From positions 62,001 to 126,000 of the forward strand of contig NIVC01000012.1 in assembly GCA_002269645.1 (NCBI GenBank): a stretch of 64,000 nucleotides of DNA, read 5' to 3'. Position numbers and translations under genes: made by a program. Positions 12,925 to 25,600 of this stretch are shown here, piece after piece; the first letter of the stretch is position 1; every line of letters starts with the position of its first letter. This stretch comes from Macrostomum lignano (Eukaryota). The notes beneath the pieces were generated by a model. That model made no database searches. It was given only the letters and a program-made list of their open reading frames with translations, and was not told the DNA's origin.

Positions 12925-13660
12925 TGAGGGATCTGGGAGGCTGGCACAGCAGCTGAGAATCTGGGAGGCTGGCACAGCAGCTGAGAATCTGGGAGGCTCA
13001 CACAGCAGCTGAGAATCTGGGAGGCTGGCACAGCAGCTGAGAATCTGGGAGGCTGGCCCAGCAACTGAGAATCTGGGAGGCTGGCACAGCAGCTGAGAAT
13101 CTGGGAGGCTGGCACAGCAGCTGAGAATCTGGGAGGCTCACACAGCAGCTGAGAATCTGGGAGGCTGGCACAGCAGCTGAGAATCTGGGAGGCTGGCACA
13201 GCAACTGAGGATCTGGGAGGCTGGCCCAGCAACTGACGATCTGGAGTAGACACACACAGGGAGAGAGAGTAGACATTGAGAAGTAGACCATGGAGAGAGA
13301 GGTATTGAAAAGTAGACACAGAGAGAGTAGGCATCGGGAAGTAGACACAGAGAGAGTGTCTCTGTGTAGACACAAGTAGACACAGAGAGAGAGAGGCATT
13401 GAGAAGTAGACACGGAGAGAGTAAGAAATGAGAAGTAGACTCCAAGAGAGAGTAGGAATTGAGAAGTAGACTCCAAGAGAGAGTAGGCATTGAGAAGTAG
13501 ACACGAAGAGAGTAGACACAGAGACAGTAGGCACTGAGAAGTAGGCACTGAGAAGTAGACACAGAGAGCGTAGGCATTGAGAAGTAGACACGGAGAGAGC
13601 AGACATTGAGAAGTAGACACAGCAGTAGTACCTGAAAAGCAGACATTAAGAGATCATACA
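12925..13660. repeat. 28-bp minisatellite (GAATCTGGGAGGCTGGCACAGCAGCTGA) followed by a degenerate AG-rich repeat of about 29 bp
   Basis: Tandem units; explain ORFs 12738..13646. Confidence 0.88.
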
Positions 13661-14149
13661 GAAACGAGTAACAGACGCAGCAAACCAGCGAATCAGCCTC
13701 AATTCAACCAAAGTAAACACGGGCTTGCAAGTTGGAGGGAATGTCAGGCAAAAGATACGCTATGAAAACAATGTAAATTTCCGTAAGCGAATTTAAATCA
13801 AATAGAAATACAATAAGTTCGCAACAGTCGCTCGCGTTTACCTGCACAGATAAAAGTCCTATCCTAAGAAGCAGGTCGAATTTGACGTTGTTAAACTGCT
13901 ATACATTTACTTGCGATATGTTGAGATGGTACATACTGCAAGGTAAAAATCGTATGTCACTCGTACGATAAGCAATCTATGGACAGCATCCATAGACACT
14001 GAATCTAAAATATTGGACAGCAACTTTACAAATCATGGACATCCTTTTGAGTTTAAGGACACCCATTTGTGTGTAAGAAAACCCATTAGCAATTCATTGA
14101 CAACTATTTTAGAATTCATGGACAGTGGAAACCCACTTAAGAGTTCATG

Positions 14150-15330
14150 GAACCCATTTAACAATCCATGGACACCCGCTTGAGAGTTCAAGGACACCTA
14201 TTTAACAATCCGTGGACACCCAAATGAGAGTTCAAGGACACCTATTTAACAATCCGTGGACACCCGCTTGAGAGTTCAAGGACACCTATTTAACAATCCG
14301 TGGACACCCAAATGAGAGTTCAAGGACACCTATATAACAATCCGTGGACACCCAAATGAGAATTCAAGGACACCTATATAACAATCCGTGGGCACCCAAA
14401 TGAGAATTCAAGGACACCTATATAACAATCCGTGGACACCCAAATGAGAATTCAAGGACACCTATATAACAATCCGTGGACACCCAAATGAGAGTTCAAG
14501 GACACCTATATAACAATCCATGGACACCCAAATGAGAGTTCAAGGACACCTATATAACAATCCGTGGACACCCAAATGAGAATTCAAGGACACCTATATA
14601 ACAATCCGTGGACACCCAAATGAGAATTCAAGGACACCTATATAACAATCCGTGGACACCCAAATGAGAATTCAAGGACACCTATATAACAATCCGTGGA
14701 CACCCAAATGAGAGTTCAAGGACACCTATATAACAATCCATGGACACCCAAATGAGAGTTCAAGGACACCTATATAACAATCCGTGGACACCCAAATGAG
14801 AATTCAAGGACACCTATATAACAATCCGTGGACACCCAAATGAGAATTCAAGGACACCTATATAACAATCCATGGACACCCAAATGAGAATTCAAGGACA
14901 CCTATATAACAATCCATGGACACCCAAATGAGAATTCAAGGACACCTATTTAACAATCCATGGACACCCAAATGAGAATTCAAGGACACCTATATAACAA
15001 TCCGTGGACACCCAAATGAGAATTCAAGGACACCTATATAACAATCCATGGACACCCAAATGAGAATTCAAGGACACCTATATAACAATCCATGGACACC
15101 CAAATGAGAATTCAAGGACACCTATATAACAATCCATGGACACCCAAATGAGAATTCAAGGACACCTATTTAACAATCCATGGACACCCAAATGAGAATT
15201 CAAGGACACCTATATAACAATCCGTGGACACCCAAATGAGAATTCAAGGACACTTATATAACAATCCATGGACACCCAAATGAGAATTCAAGGACACCTA
15301 TATAACAATCCGTGGACACCCGTTGAGAGT
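14150..15330. repeat. 44-bp minisatellite built from two GGACACC-containing halves
   Basis: Unit ACACCCAAATGAGAATTCAAGGACACCTATATAACAATCCRTGG, more than 20 copies. Confidence 0.93.
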
Positions 15331-15923
15331 TCCCGGACAACCATTTAAGGACATCACTTAAGAGTTCATGGACAACCACTTAAGAAGCCAAGGACACCGA
15401 TTTGATAATTCAAGGACATTGAATTGGACACTCAATTCAGCTTCTGTTTGTTCAGAGGCTGGTATCAATTTTAAACAGTTTGAAAGTGAGAATCAGCAGA
15501 GACAGTTTCAATGTAAATAATAAATTATTAATGTCATTAACTGTTGAAAAAAACACCATTCACCGATTTATTGTTTGACACACAATTTAAACTAAATGTG
15601 TTACAAATAATATGTACACTACTATTAATTGAAATAAAACGAATTTAAAAATAAACAATTCTCATTTATCGCATGATTTGCACTCAATCGAGAGCATTGG
15701 AATAAATAAAAAAACAAATTTCTAGGTAAAAACATTTGATAACAGATTTCTAGATTTGCAATAATACAACTTCGCTGTTTTTGCTTTTAGATTTTGCAAC
15801 GGAGCGTTAAAATACGTGTGTACGAATGCAATTTTTGTGCGGAAGCAATTCAATTAAATAGTAACCAAAGTGTTTAAAAAAGTGCAATGACTATTGATGA
15901 CAATTTGACGCAAGTATTGAATA

Positions 15924-16596
15924 GGTAAAGGGCGGGAGCTACTATGCACGCATTCGTATAGGCAAATGACTCGTTATCTAGCAATTCAAGCCAAGTATTA
16001 GTCTTTTTGGCATCTGATTAGTCAGTAAATATTTGTACACTCATAACTATAACATGATGACAAGAATAGTCTTCATATTAATTGAATGCCGATGTAAATT
16101 TTAGTCACAATAGTTGCAAGTAAACGGCGAGAGTAACTATACTTAGATAAGATCGCTAAATTCCCTCGTCACCTAATTTGCTTTTTATAAAGTAAATTTA
16201 GGTAAACAGTGAGAGTAACTATACTTAGAGTAAATTAGTAATAACCCCTCATCACCTAATTAGTTCCAAGTTATTTAATGCAAGAACCTAGGTAAACAGC
16301 GAGAGTAACAATACTTATGCTGGATTACCATAATCCTTCGTCTGTATATAGTTTTACAAGAAGGTAAACGGCGAGAGTAACTATGCTACGATAATGTTGC
16401 TAATATCCCTCGTCACCTAATCAGTTAAAGGTTTTGAAATGAAAAGGAGGTAAACAGCGAGAGTAACTATGTTTATTGTAGATTACCATAACCCTTCGTC
16501 ACCTAATTAGTTCCAATTTTTTTATTACGAGAATGAGGTAAACGACGAGAGTGATTAATAATATATGCGCATAAAAAAATGACTCGTCATCAAATT
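15924..16596 (+). repeat. Array of 7-8 degenerate 28S rRNA helix 69-71-like units with variable spacers
   Basis: Units start at about 15924, (16024, very degenerate), 16119, 16201, 16291, 16363, 16449 and 16537. Conserved blocks GGTAAACRGCGAGAGTAACTAT and CCTCGTCACCTAATTAGT match the eukaryotic LSU sequence GGTAAACGGCGGGAGTAACTATGACTCTCTTAAGGTAGCCAAATGCCTCGTCATCTAATTAGT (recalled). Confidence 0.85.
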
Positions 16597-16652
16597 TTCG
16601 AAAGAAAAAGCTTATAAGATCTCATAATTTGATTATAAGAGTCTCTTCCATG

Positions 16653-19600
16653 CTAGAGCGGCCACAGCATGCTGGCATAGTCGGGCTCGTCGCCCAGGCC
16701 GCCATCCGCACCCAGCAGGCTCATCCGGGTTGCGTCGAGCGAGATGTCATCAGTATTGCTGCACAATTTGCTAGGGGGCCCAAAGCCGCCGCCCTGGCAA
16801 CCGTTGCTAACCAGCTGGCCGAGGGCGAGCCAGCCGGTCTCAGCTATCGAGCCGTCTCCGACAACAACTTCGTCGACAGACCTCGCCGTCGGCGTCGCCG
16901 CAGCAGCATCGGCGGCGATCAAATCCGCGGCGATTTTCTTGCCTAATTGAGCTGGGCCGCTCAGGCCTGCGGGCTGCTGCTGCGACTCAGCCGCTGAGTC
17001 TGCCGGGGTTTGAGCTGAGCTGGGGAAGCTGAGCTGCTGCTGACTGCCCGGCTTCTGCTGCTGCAGAATCTGCAAATCGCAGGTGAGGCTCAGCAGTTCC
17101 GGTTTGCCAGTCAACGGATTGATGAAGCACAGGAGGCTGAGCTGGCAAACAGATTCCGACGCCGATGGAGCCTTGAAAAACGGAGAAGCAATTTAAGATC
17201 CTTTGTAGCCGCCCCTGAGTAGAAGAGAGCACCTCATTAACACGAAAACAGGCTTTGTAACAATTTGAAAGTCTGGAGAAAGGAGAGGAGAGGAGGGGAG
17301 AGGAGAGGAGGGGAGAGAAGAGGAGGGGAGAGGAGGGGAGAGGAGGGGAGAGGAGGGGAGAGGAGTGATTGCCACCCGCTGAGCAGCGCCAACAGCTGTC
17401 TGTTCGACTCACCTGCCAAGCGCAGAGCAGCCGGCACGACAGGCGGCTTCGGGTGCCTTTCAGAGCGGAGCGATGCGCCACGGACAGCCTGTTGACATCG
17501 TCGCGACTCACCAGGTCGTACAGACTGCTGCCCTGAAGGTCCTGCGGCAGGTGGCCTAAATTGCGGTTTTGAATATAAAGAAAAATATTGGAGCTTTTCA
17601 TTGCAATGAGTAAACGCTAAAATCAGCGCTAGGCTGGTGCCAAAACCAGCGCTATGGGTGGCGCCAGAACCAGTATTACGAGTGGCACTAAAACCAGCGC
17701 TATGGGTGGCGCCAGAACCAGTATTATGAGTGGCGCTAAAACCAGCGCTATGGGTGGCGCCAGAACCAGTATTACGAGTGGCACTAAAACCAGCGCTATG
17801 GGTGGCGCCAGAACCAGTATTACGAGTGGCACTAAAACCAGCGCTATGGGTGGCGCCAGAACCAGTATTACGAGTGGCACTAAAACCAGCGCTATGGGTG
17901 GCGCCAGAACCAGTATTACGAGTGGCACTAAAACCAGCGCTATGGGTGGCGCCAGAACCAGTATTACGAGTGGCACTAAAACCAGCGCTATGGGTGGCGC
18001 CAAAACCAGTATTATGAGTGGCGCCAAAACCAGCGCTACGGCTGGCGCCAAAACCAGTGTTATGAGTGGCGCCAAAACCAGTATTATGAGTGGCGCCAAA
18101 ACCAGTGTTATGAGTGGCGCCAAAACCAGTGTTATGAGTGGCGCCAAAACCAGTGTTATGAGTGGCGCCAAAACCAGTGTTATGAGTGGCGCCAAAACTA
18201 GCGCTACGAGTGGCGCCAAAACCAGCGCTACGGCTGGCGCCGAAACCAAAGCTTAGGGCCCTTCGCGACTGTGGCCACTCCTATGTACACATCCTCTCCC
18301 CCCTTACCGTAAATTCTGAATTTACTAATTCAAAACAGTATTCAACACAGGTGGAAATAACACGAAGTTCTAAAAAAGAATTGGGTGCTGTTCGCAAACA
18401 ATGGCGCCATAAACTTGTATTCAGCTCAGGGTAGGGAGGGGAGGCATTGAGAAAATAGGACAGGTAAGGACAGAGACAGACAGAGAAATCTGCAGTTGTG
18501 GCAGACCGAGTGTCGCCGCAATAAAATTCATAAGCAGCGGGTGGGTTTACAACCCTAGGCTAAACAGTGATTGCTTTGGGCTATGAAAAACAGCTTACTG
18601 ATGCAAAAGATTTGCGGTAGAAATTTGGTAAGAAATGTAAAACTCTTTACCATGCTTCAGTGCGGGTGCGATGAATATCACGACTGGGTTATTGAAAAAG
18701 TCCACCGAATTTCTGACGTACACTAAGCACATAGATACCTGTGCTTGAGACATTAGAGAACTACTGTGCTTAAATAGAAGTTGAAGTTGGACGCCTGTTT
18801 GAGGACACCTAGGAGTTGGACACCTGTTTGAGGACAACTGGGAGTTGGACACCTGTTTGAGGACACCTGGGAGTTGGACACCTGTTTGAGGACACCTGGG
18901 AGACAGACACCTGTTTGAGGACACCTGGGAGTTGGACACCTGTTTGAGGACAACTGGGAGACAAACACCTGTTTGAGGACACCTGGGAGTTGGACACCTG
19001 TTTGAGGACACCTGGGAGACAGACACCTGTTTGAGGACACATGGGAGATAGACACCTGTTTGAGAACACCTGTTTGAGGACACATGGGAGACAGACACCT
19101 GTTTGAGGACACATGGGAGATAGACACCTGTTTGAGGACACCTGTAGTTTGACGTGAATCCACTCACCTAGTAGTGAGGTGACTCGCTGGTCCACCCAAG
19201 TAAAGCAGGCGTCCAGGCCGAGTCGTGCGGCGAACTGGCAGTCGCGGCTGCTGCGCGCCGAGGCGGGCAGAGCCGACGGCGTCAGGGGCCGGGCTGGCCG
19301 ACAGACAAGAAGCAGGCAGCTGCTGTTCTGCAGCGAAGTGGCCTTCTGACAGTCCGCCGCCGCTGCCGCCGTCTGAGTGTCATCGGTGACGGCCTCTTCA
19401 GCTGCGGAAGCTGCTGGATCGTCTGACACGTGCAACAGGCCTGAGCAGCTCAGGTAAACGTATTGCCGGGCGTCTGTGAAGGTTTGTGATGAATGGCTAG
19501 ATGTCGTGACTGGTGAAATTTCAGATGTTTAATTCGATTTTCAGATGTTAAAATTGATATTCGGATGTTAAAATTGATATTCAGATGTTAAAATTGATCT

Positions 19601-22600
19601 TCAGATGTTTGAATTGATCTTCAGATGTTTGAATTGATCTTCGGATGTTTAAATTGATCTTCAGATGTTTGAATTGATCTTCGGATGCTTAAATTGATCT
19701 TCAGATGTTTGAATTGATCTTCAGATGTTTGAATTGATCTTCAGATGTTTAAATTGATCTTCAGATGTTTAAATAAGTTGATCTTCAGATGTTTAAATTG
19801 ATCTTTAGATGTTTAAATTGATCTTCAGATGTTTAAATTGATCTTCAGATGTTTGAATTGATCTTTAGATGTTTAAATCGATCTTTAGCTGTTTAAATTG
19901 ATCTTCAGATGTTTGAATTGATCTTCAGATGTTTAAATTGATCTTTAGATGTTTAAATTGATCTTCAGATGTTTAAATTGATCTTCAGATGTTTGAATTG
20001 ATCTTTAGATGTTTAAATCGATCTTTAGCTGTTTAAATTGATCTTCAGATGTTTAAATTGATCTTCAGATGTTTAAATTGATCTTTAGATGTTTAAATTG
20101 ATCTTCAGATGTTTAAATTGATCTTCAGATGTTTGAATTGATCTTTAGATGTTTAAATCGATCTTTAGCTGTTTAAATTGATCTTCAGATGTTTGAATTG
20201 ATCTTCAGATGTTTAAATTGATCTTTAGATGTTTAAATTGATCTTCAGATGTTTAAATGGATCTTCAGATGTTTGAATTGATCTTTAGATGTTTAAATCG
20301 ATCTTTAGCTGTTTAAATTGATCTTCAGATGTTTAAATTGATCTTCAGATGTTTAAATTGATCTTTAGATGTTTAAATTGATCTTCAGATGTTTAAATTG
20401 ATCTTCAGATGTTTGAATTGATCTTTAGATGTTTAAATCGATCTTTAGCTGTTTAAATTGATCTTCAGATGTTTAAATTGATCTTCAGATGTTTAAATAA
20501 ATTGATCTTTAGATGTTTCAATTGATCTTTAGATGTTTAAATTGATCTTTAGATGTTTCAATTGATCTTTAGATGTTTAAATTGATCTTCAGATGTTTGA
20601 ATTGATCTTTAGATGTTTAAATCGATCTTTAGCTGTTTAAATTGATCTTCAGATGTTTAAATAAATTGATCTTTAGATGTTTAAATTGATCTTTAGATGT
20701 TTAAATTGATCTTTAGATGTTTAAATTGATCTTCAGATGTTTAAATTGATCTTTAGATGCTTAAATTGATCTTCAGATGCTTAAATTGATCTTTAGATGT
20801 TTAAATTGATCTTCAGATGTTTAAATTGATTTTCAGATGTTTGAATTGATCTTCAGATGTTTAAATTGATCTTCAGATGTTTAAATTGATCTTCAGATGT
20901 TTAAATTGATATTCAGATGTTTGAATTGATCTTCAGATGTTTCAATCGATCTTCAGATGTTTAAATTGATCTTCAGATGTTTAAATTGATATTCAGATGT
21001 TTGAATTGATCTTCGGATGCTTAAATTGATCTTTAGATGTTTAAATTGATCTTTAGATGTTTCAATCGATCTTCAGATGTTTAAATCGATACTCAGATGC
21101 TTAAATTGATCTTAAGATTTTTCAATTGAGTTGCAGATGCTTAAATTTAGTTTTGTTTAAGAACTATTTCTGTTTAAAACCCCAGAACTAGCAGAGCTTA
21201 AACAGAGCTGTTCTCTGCCAGCCATAGCAAAGTGGAGTCACGTGTGCAAGCGCCAAAAATGAACTACAAGTACAACCTACACGCTCGCACCGGACTTTCT
21301 AAGAAATCGTACTAGCTTTTACACACAGTGTAACTTTTTCGCTCCAAGCTGCAGACAGTGACAGTAAAAAATCGTAGAAAGCTGTTTGCGAACCAAGTGC
21401 TATGCCGGAGTATTTGCACAGCCTTAAACTCTTAGCGAGCCGTGTGTTGGGAACGAACTCCGCGTCTTATTGACCAGCTTTTTCGAACTTTGGAGGCCTG
21501 ACGCCTCTCCGCCCCAGCTAGTGCGTGAGTCTGTCCGAACGCTGCATCAAATCTAACAGTTACTTTATGCGGAAACTATTAATACAGAATAGTGTCATTT
21601 GAACTTTCTGTCAACTCCGAGTTGACTCATGTGACTCTTCAATGTTGGAAAGCTGAACTTTACACATTCAGGGCCTTCAGTGTACACGCTTATATCAATA
21701 GTTGCAAGGAGGGCTGCAGGCACCCTGGCGCAACGCCTTCTGCGGACATGGTCACACAACCAGCACTGAGAGGCACAGACACGCTTTTGGCATTTTGTTC
21801 AAGTAGTAGAGCCTAGATTGTTCCTGACACAATCATGGCACTCCTGACACAACTATGGTACTTCTGACACAGTTATGGTACTTCTGACACAATTATGGTA
21901 CTTCTGACACAGTTATGGTACTTCTGACACAATTATGACACTCCTGACACAATTATGGCACTCCTGACACAATCATGGCACTCCTGACACAACTATGGTA
22001 CTTCTGACACAGTTATGGTACTTCTGACACAATCATGGCACTCCTGACACAATCATGGCACTCCTGACACAATCAAGGCACTCCTGGCATAACTATGGTA
22101 CTTCTGACACAGTCATGGCACTCCTGACACAACTATGGTACTTCTGACACAATCATGGCACTCCTGACACAACTATGGTACTTCTGACACAATCATGGCA
22201 CTCCTGACACAATCATGGCACTCCTAACACAATCATGGCACTCCTGACACAATCAAGGCACTCCTGGCACAACTATGGTACTTCTGACACAATCATGGCA
22301 CTCCTGACACAAACTATGGTACTTCTGACACAATCATGGCACTCCTGACACAACTATGGTACTCTGACACAATCATGGCACTCCTAACACAATCATGGCA
22401 CTCCTAACACAATCATGGCACTCCTGACACAACTATGGTACTCCTGACACAATCATGGCACTCCTAACACAATCATGGCACTCCTGACACAACCATGGCA
22501 CTCCTGACACAACTATGGTACCCCTGACACAATCATGGCACTCCTAACACAATCATGGCACTCCTGACACAACTATGGTACTCCTGACACAACTATGGTA

Positions 22601-25600
22601 CTTCTGACACAACTATGGTACTTCTGACACCATCATGGCGCTCCTGACACAACATGGTAGTGATAAAGTACCTGGTACCTTGTTTTTTATCGGTTAAGTC
22701 GATACAACCGATGTTTATCCACGAGATTTCATGCACATCTGCATTTATGCAATATCATCTAATAGAAGTTCTAACTCTAGGACTAGGACGAAAAAGTGGC
22801 TCAGTTTTGGTTGCTTAGAGCCTGTTTCTTAGCTTAAATATTTGTATAACAGCAGGCGGCTGGCTTTGATCTCTGTGGCGCTGTAACCTTAACTGTCAGT
22901 GAGCAAAGTTCTCTTATTCGACTCCAACAAACCTCTGCGCCTTCGGCTTCAAGCAAGAAAACTTTGATATAGATAAACACTGTATAAATACTGAAGACAG
23001 TGACCAAACATGACTTACTAACAGATTCATGTTTCTTTTGTCACCTAGCACTTCACTCTCACTTCACCCTCTCTTTACTTCACTCTCCCTTCACTCTACC
23101 CTCACTCTCCCTTCACTCTATTATCACTCTCTCCCTTCACTCTCCCCTCACTCTCCCTTCAATCTCCCCTCACTCTCCCTTCACTCTCCCCTCACTCACT
23201 CTCCCTTAACTCTCCCCTCACTCTCCCTTAAATCTCCCCTCACTCTCCCTTCACTCTTCCCTCACTCTCCCCTCACTCTACCTTAACTCTCCCTTCACTC
23301 TACCTTAACTCTCCCCTCACTCTACCTTAACTCTCCCCTCACTCTACCTTAACTCTCCCCTCACTCTCCCCTCACTCTCCCCTCACTCTCCCCTCACTCT
23401 CCCCTCACTCTCCCTTCACTCTCCCCTCACTCTCCCTTCACTCTCCCCTCACTCTCCCATCACTCTTCCCTCACTCTCCCCTCACTCTCCCTTCACTCTC
23501 CCTTCACTCTCCCCTCAATCTCCCCTCACTCTATCATCACTCTGCCCCTTCACTCTCCCTTCACTCTCCCCTCACTCTCCCTCACTCTCCCTTCACTCTC
23601 CCCTCACTCTCCCTTCACTCTCCCCTCACTCTCCCTCACTCTCCCTTCACTCTCCCCTCACTCTCCCTCACTCTCCCTTCACTCTCCCTCACTCTCCCTT
23701 CACTCTCCCCTCACTCTCCCTTCACTCTCCCCTCACTCTCCCATCACTCTCCCCTCACTCTCCCTTCACTCTCCCTTCACTCTCCCCTCACTCTCCCTTC
23801 ACTCTCCCCTCACTCTCCCTTCACTCTCCCCTCACTCTCCCTTCACTCTCCCTTTACTCTCCCCTCACTCTCCCTTCATTCTCCCGTCACTCTCCCTTCA
23901 CTCTCCCTTCACTCTCCCCTCACTCTCCCTTCACTCTCCCCTCACTCTCCCATCACTCTCCCTTCACTCTCCCTTCACTCTCCCCTCACTCTCCCTTTAC
24001 TCTCCCTTCACTCTCCCCTCACTCTCCCATCACTCTCCCCTCACTCTCCCTTCACTCTCCCTTCACTCTCCCCTCACTCTCCCTTCACTCTCCCCTCACT
24101 CTCCCTTTACTCTCCCTTCACTCTCCCCTCACTCTCCCATCACTCTCCCCTCACTCTCCCTTCACTCTCCCTTCACTCTCCCCTCACTCTCCCTTCACTC
24201 TCCCCTCACTCTCCCTTCACTCTCCCCTCACTCTCCCTTCACTCTCCCCTCACTCTCCCTTCACTCTCCCTTCACTCTCCCTTCACTCTCCCTTTACTCT
24301 CCCCTCACTCTCCCATCACTCTCCCTTCACTCTCCCTTCACTCTCCCTTTACTCTCCCCTCACTCTCCCCTCACTCTCCCTTCACTCTCCCTTCTCTCTT
24401 ATCCTCACTCTCCCTTCACTCTCCTCTCCCTCCCCTTTCATTATACTTTTACTCTCTAGCTCTCTCCATCTCATTTCTCCCCCTCTCCCTCACCCCTCTC
24501 CGGGCGACCAAAACTCACCGCCCCTGCGTTTCGAAGCGACGCCAAGCAGTCCGCCGCCAGCTGCCGATCCGCCGGGATGCCGAAATCGACAAAAGAATCT
24601 CCGACGAAGCCCGCAGCTGCCCAGCCTGTCGGTGGAGAAGCCTTGGCGCTGCTGCTGCTGCTGTTGAAGGCTGGGGAGATCCGGCACAGTCAGCTCTTGA
24701 CGAACTAGATCCGCGTCTCGCGGGTGCACCAAGTCTAATAAGCACTGGCCAATCAGGTCCGACTGGGCAGACAGACAGACGGACGGGGGAAGGAAGGTGG
24801 GTGTGCGGCGTATAGCTTTTATGGTCACGTGAGCTGGGGCGAGACTTGTAAAATATTGAGTAGAAGAGCTGAGGTGGATGATTTGCTGAAGTCACGTGAC
24901 ACGATTGAAGCTTATTTATTGGACAGCGAAAGCGTTGGAGGGAGGTGGGCGACTGGCTAAGTCACGTGACACGAAATTGAAGCTTATTTATTGGACAGCG
25001 AAAGCGTTGGAGGGAGGTGGGCGACTGGTTAAGTCACGTGACACGATTGAAGCTTACTTATTGGACAGTGAAAGCGTTGGAGGGAGGTGGGCGACTGGCT
25101 AAATCACGTGACACGATTGAAGCTTACTTATTGGACAGCGAAAGCGTTGGAGGGAGGTGGGCGACTGGCTAAGTCACGTGACACGAAATTGAAGCATTTT
25201 TATTGGACAGCGAAAGCGTTGGAGGGAGGTGGGCGACTGGCTAAGTCACGTGACACGAAATTGAAGCATATTTATTGGACAGCGAAAGCGTTGGAGGGAG
25301 GTGGGCGACTGGCTAAGTCACGTGACACGATTGAAGCTTACTTATTGGACAGCGAAAGCGTTGGAGGGAGGTGGGCGACTGGTTAAGTCACGTGACACGA
25401 AATTGAAGCTTTTTATTGGACAGCGAAAGCGTTGAAAGGTGGTTAGCGACTGGCTGTAGTCACGTAATATACTGTCTTTCAAGCAATTTAATTGAATAAG
25501 AGACAAGTAAAAAAACCTACCGAGTTGACGGTGGCGCCGGGAATTCCGTTATTGCTGCAGTTGGCGGCGCCAAGTATTCTGCCTCTGTCGCACTCGACCA

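Noticed and set aside
14150-15330. 44-bp repeat as a CRISPR array
   Set aside because: Head-to-tail units with no unique spacers, a eukaryotic context and no cas genes.
15924-16596. rRNA-like array as a real rRNA gene, a CRISPR array or C/D snoRNAs
   Set aside because: Only a segment of about 60 nt is repeated, and the universally conserved centre is degenerate; there are no cas genes; GTGAYGA resembles a C box but no CTGA D box follows the antisense blocks.
21180-21820. Unique island between two arrays with one CACGTG (21239) and a 74-aa ORF
   Set aside because: No recognisable protein, and no phase-compatible exon is needed; a single motif is not enough evidence.
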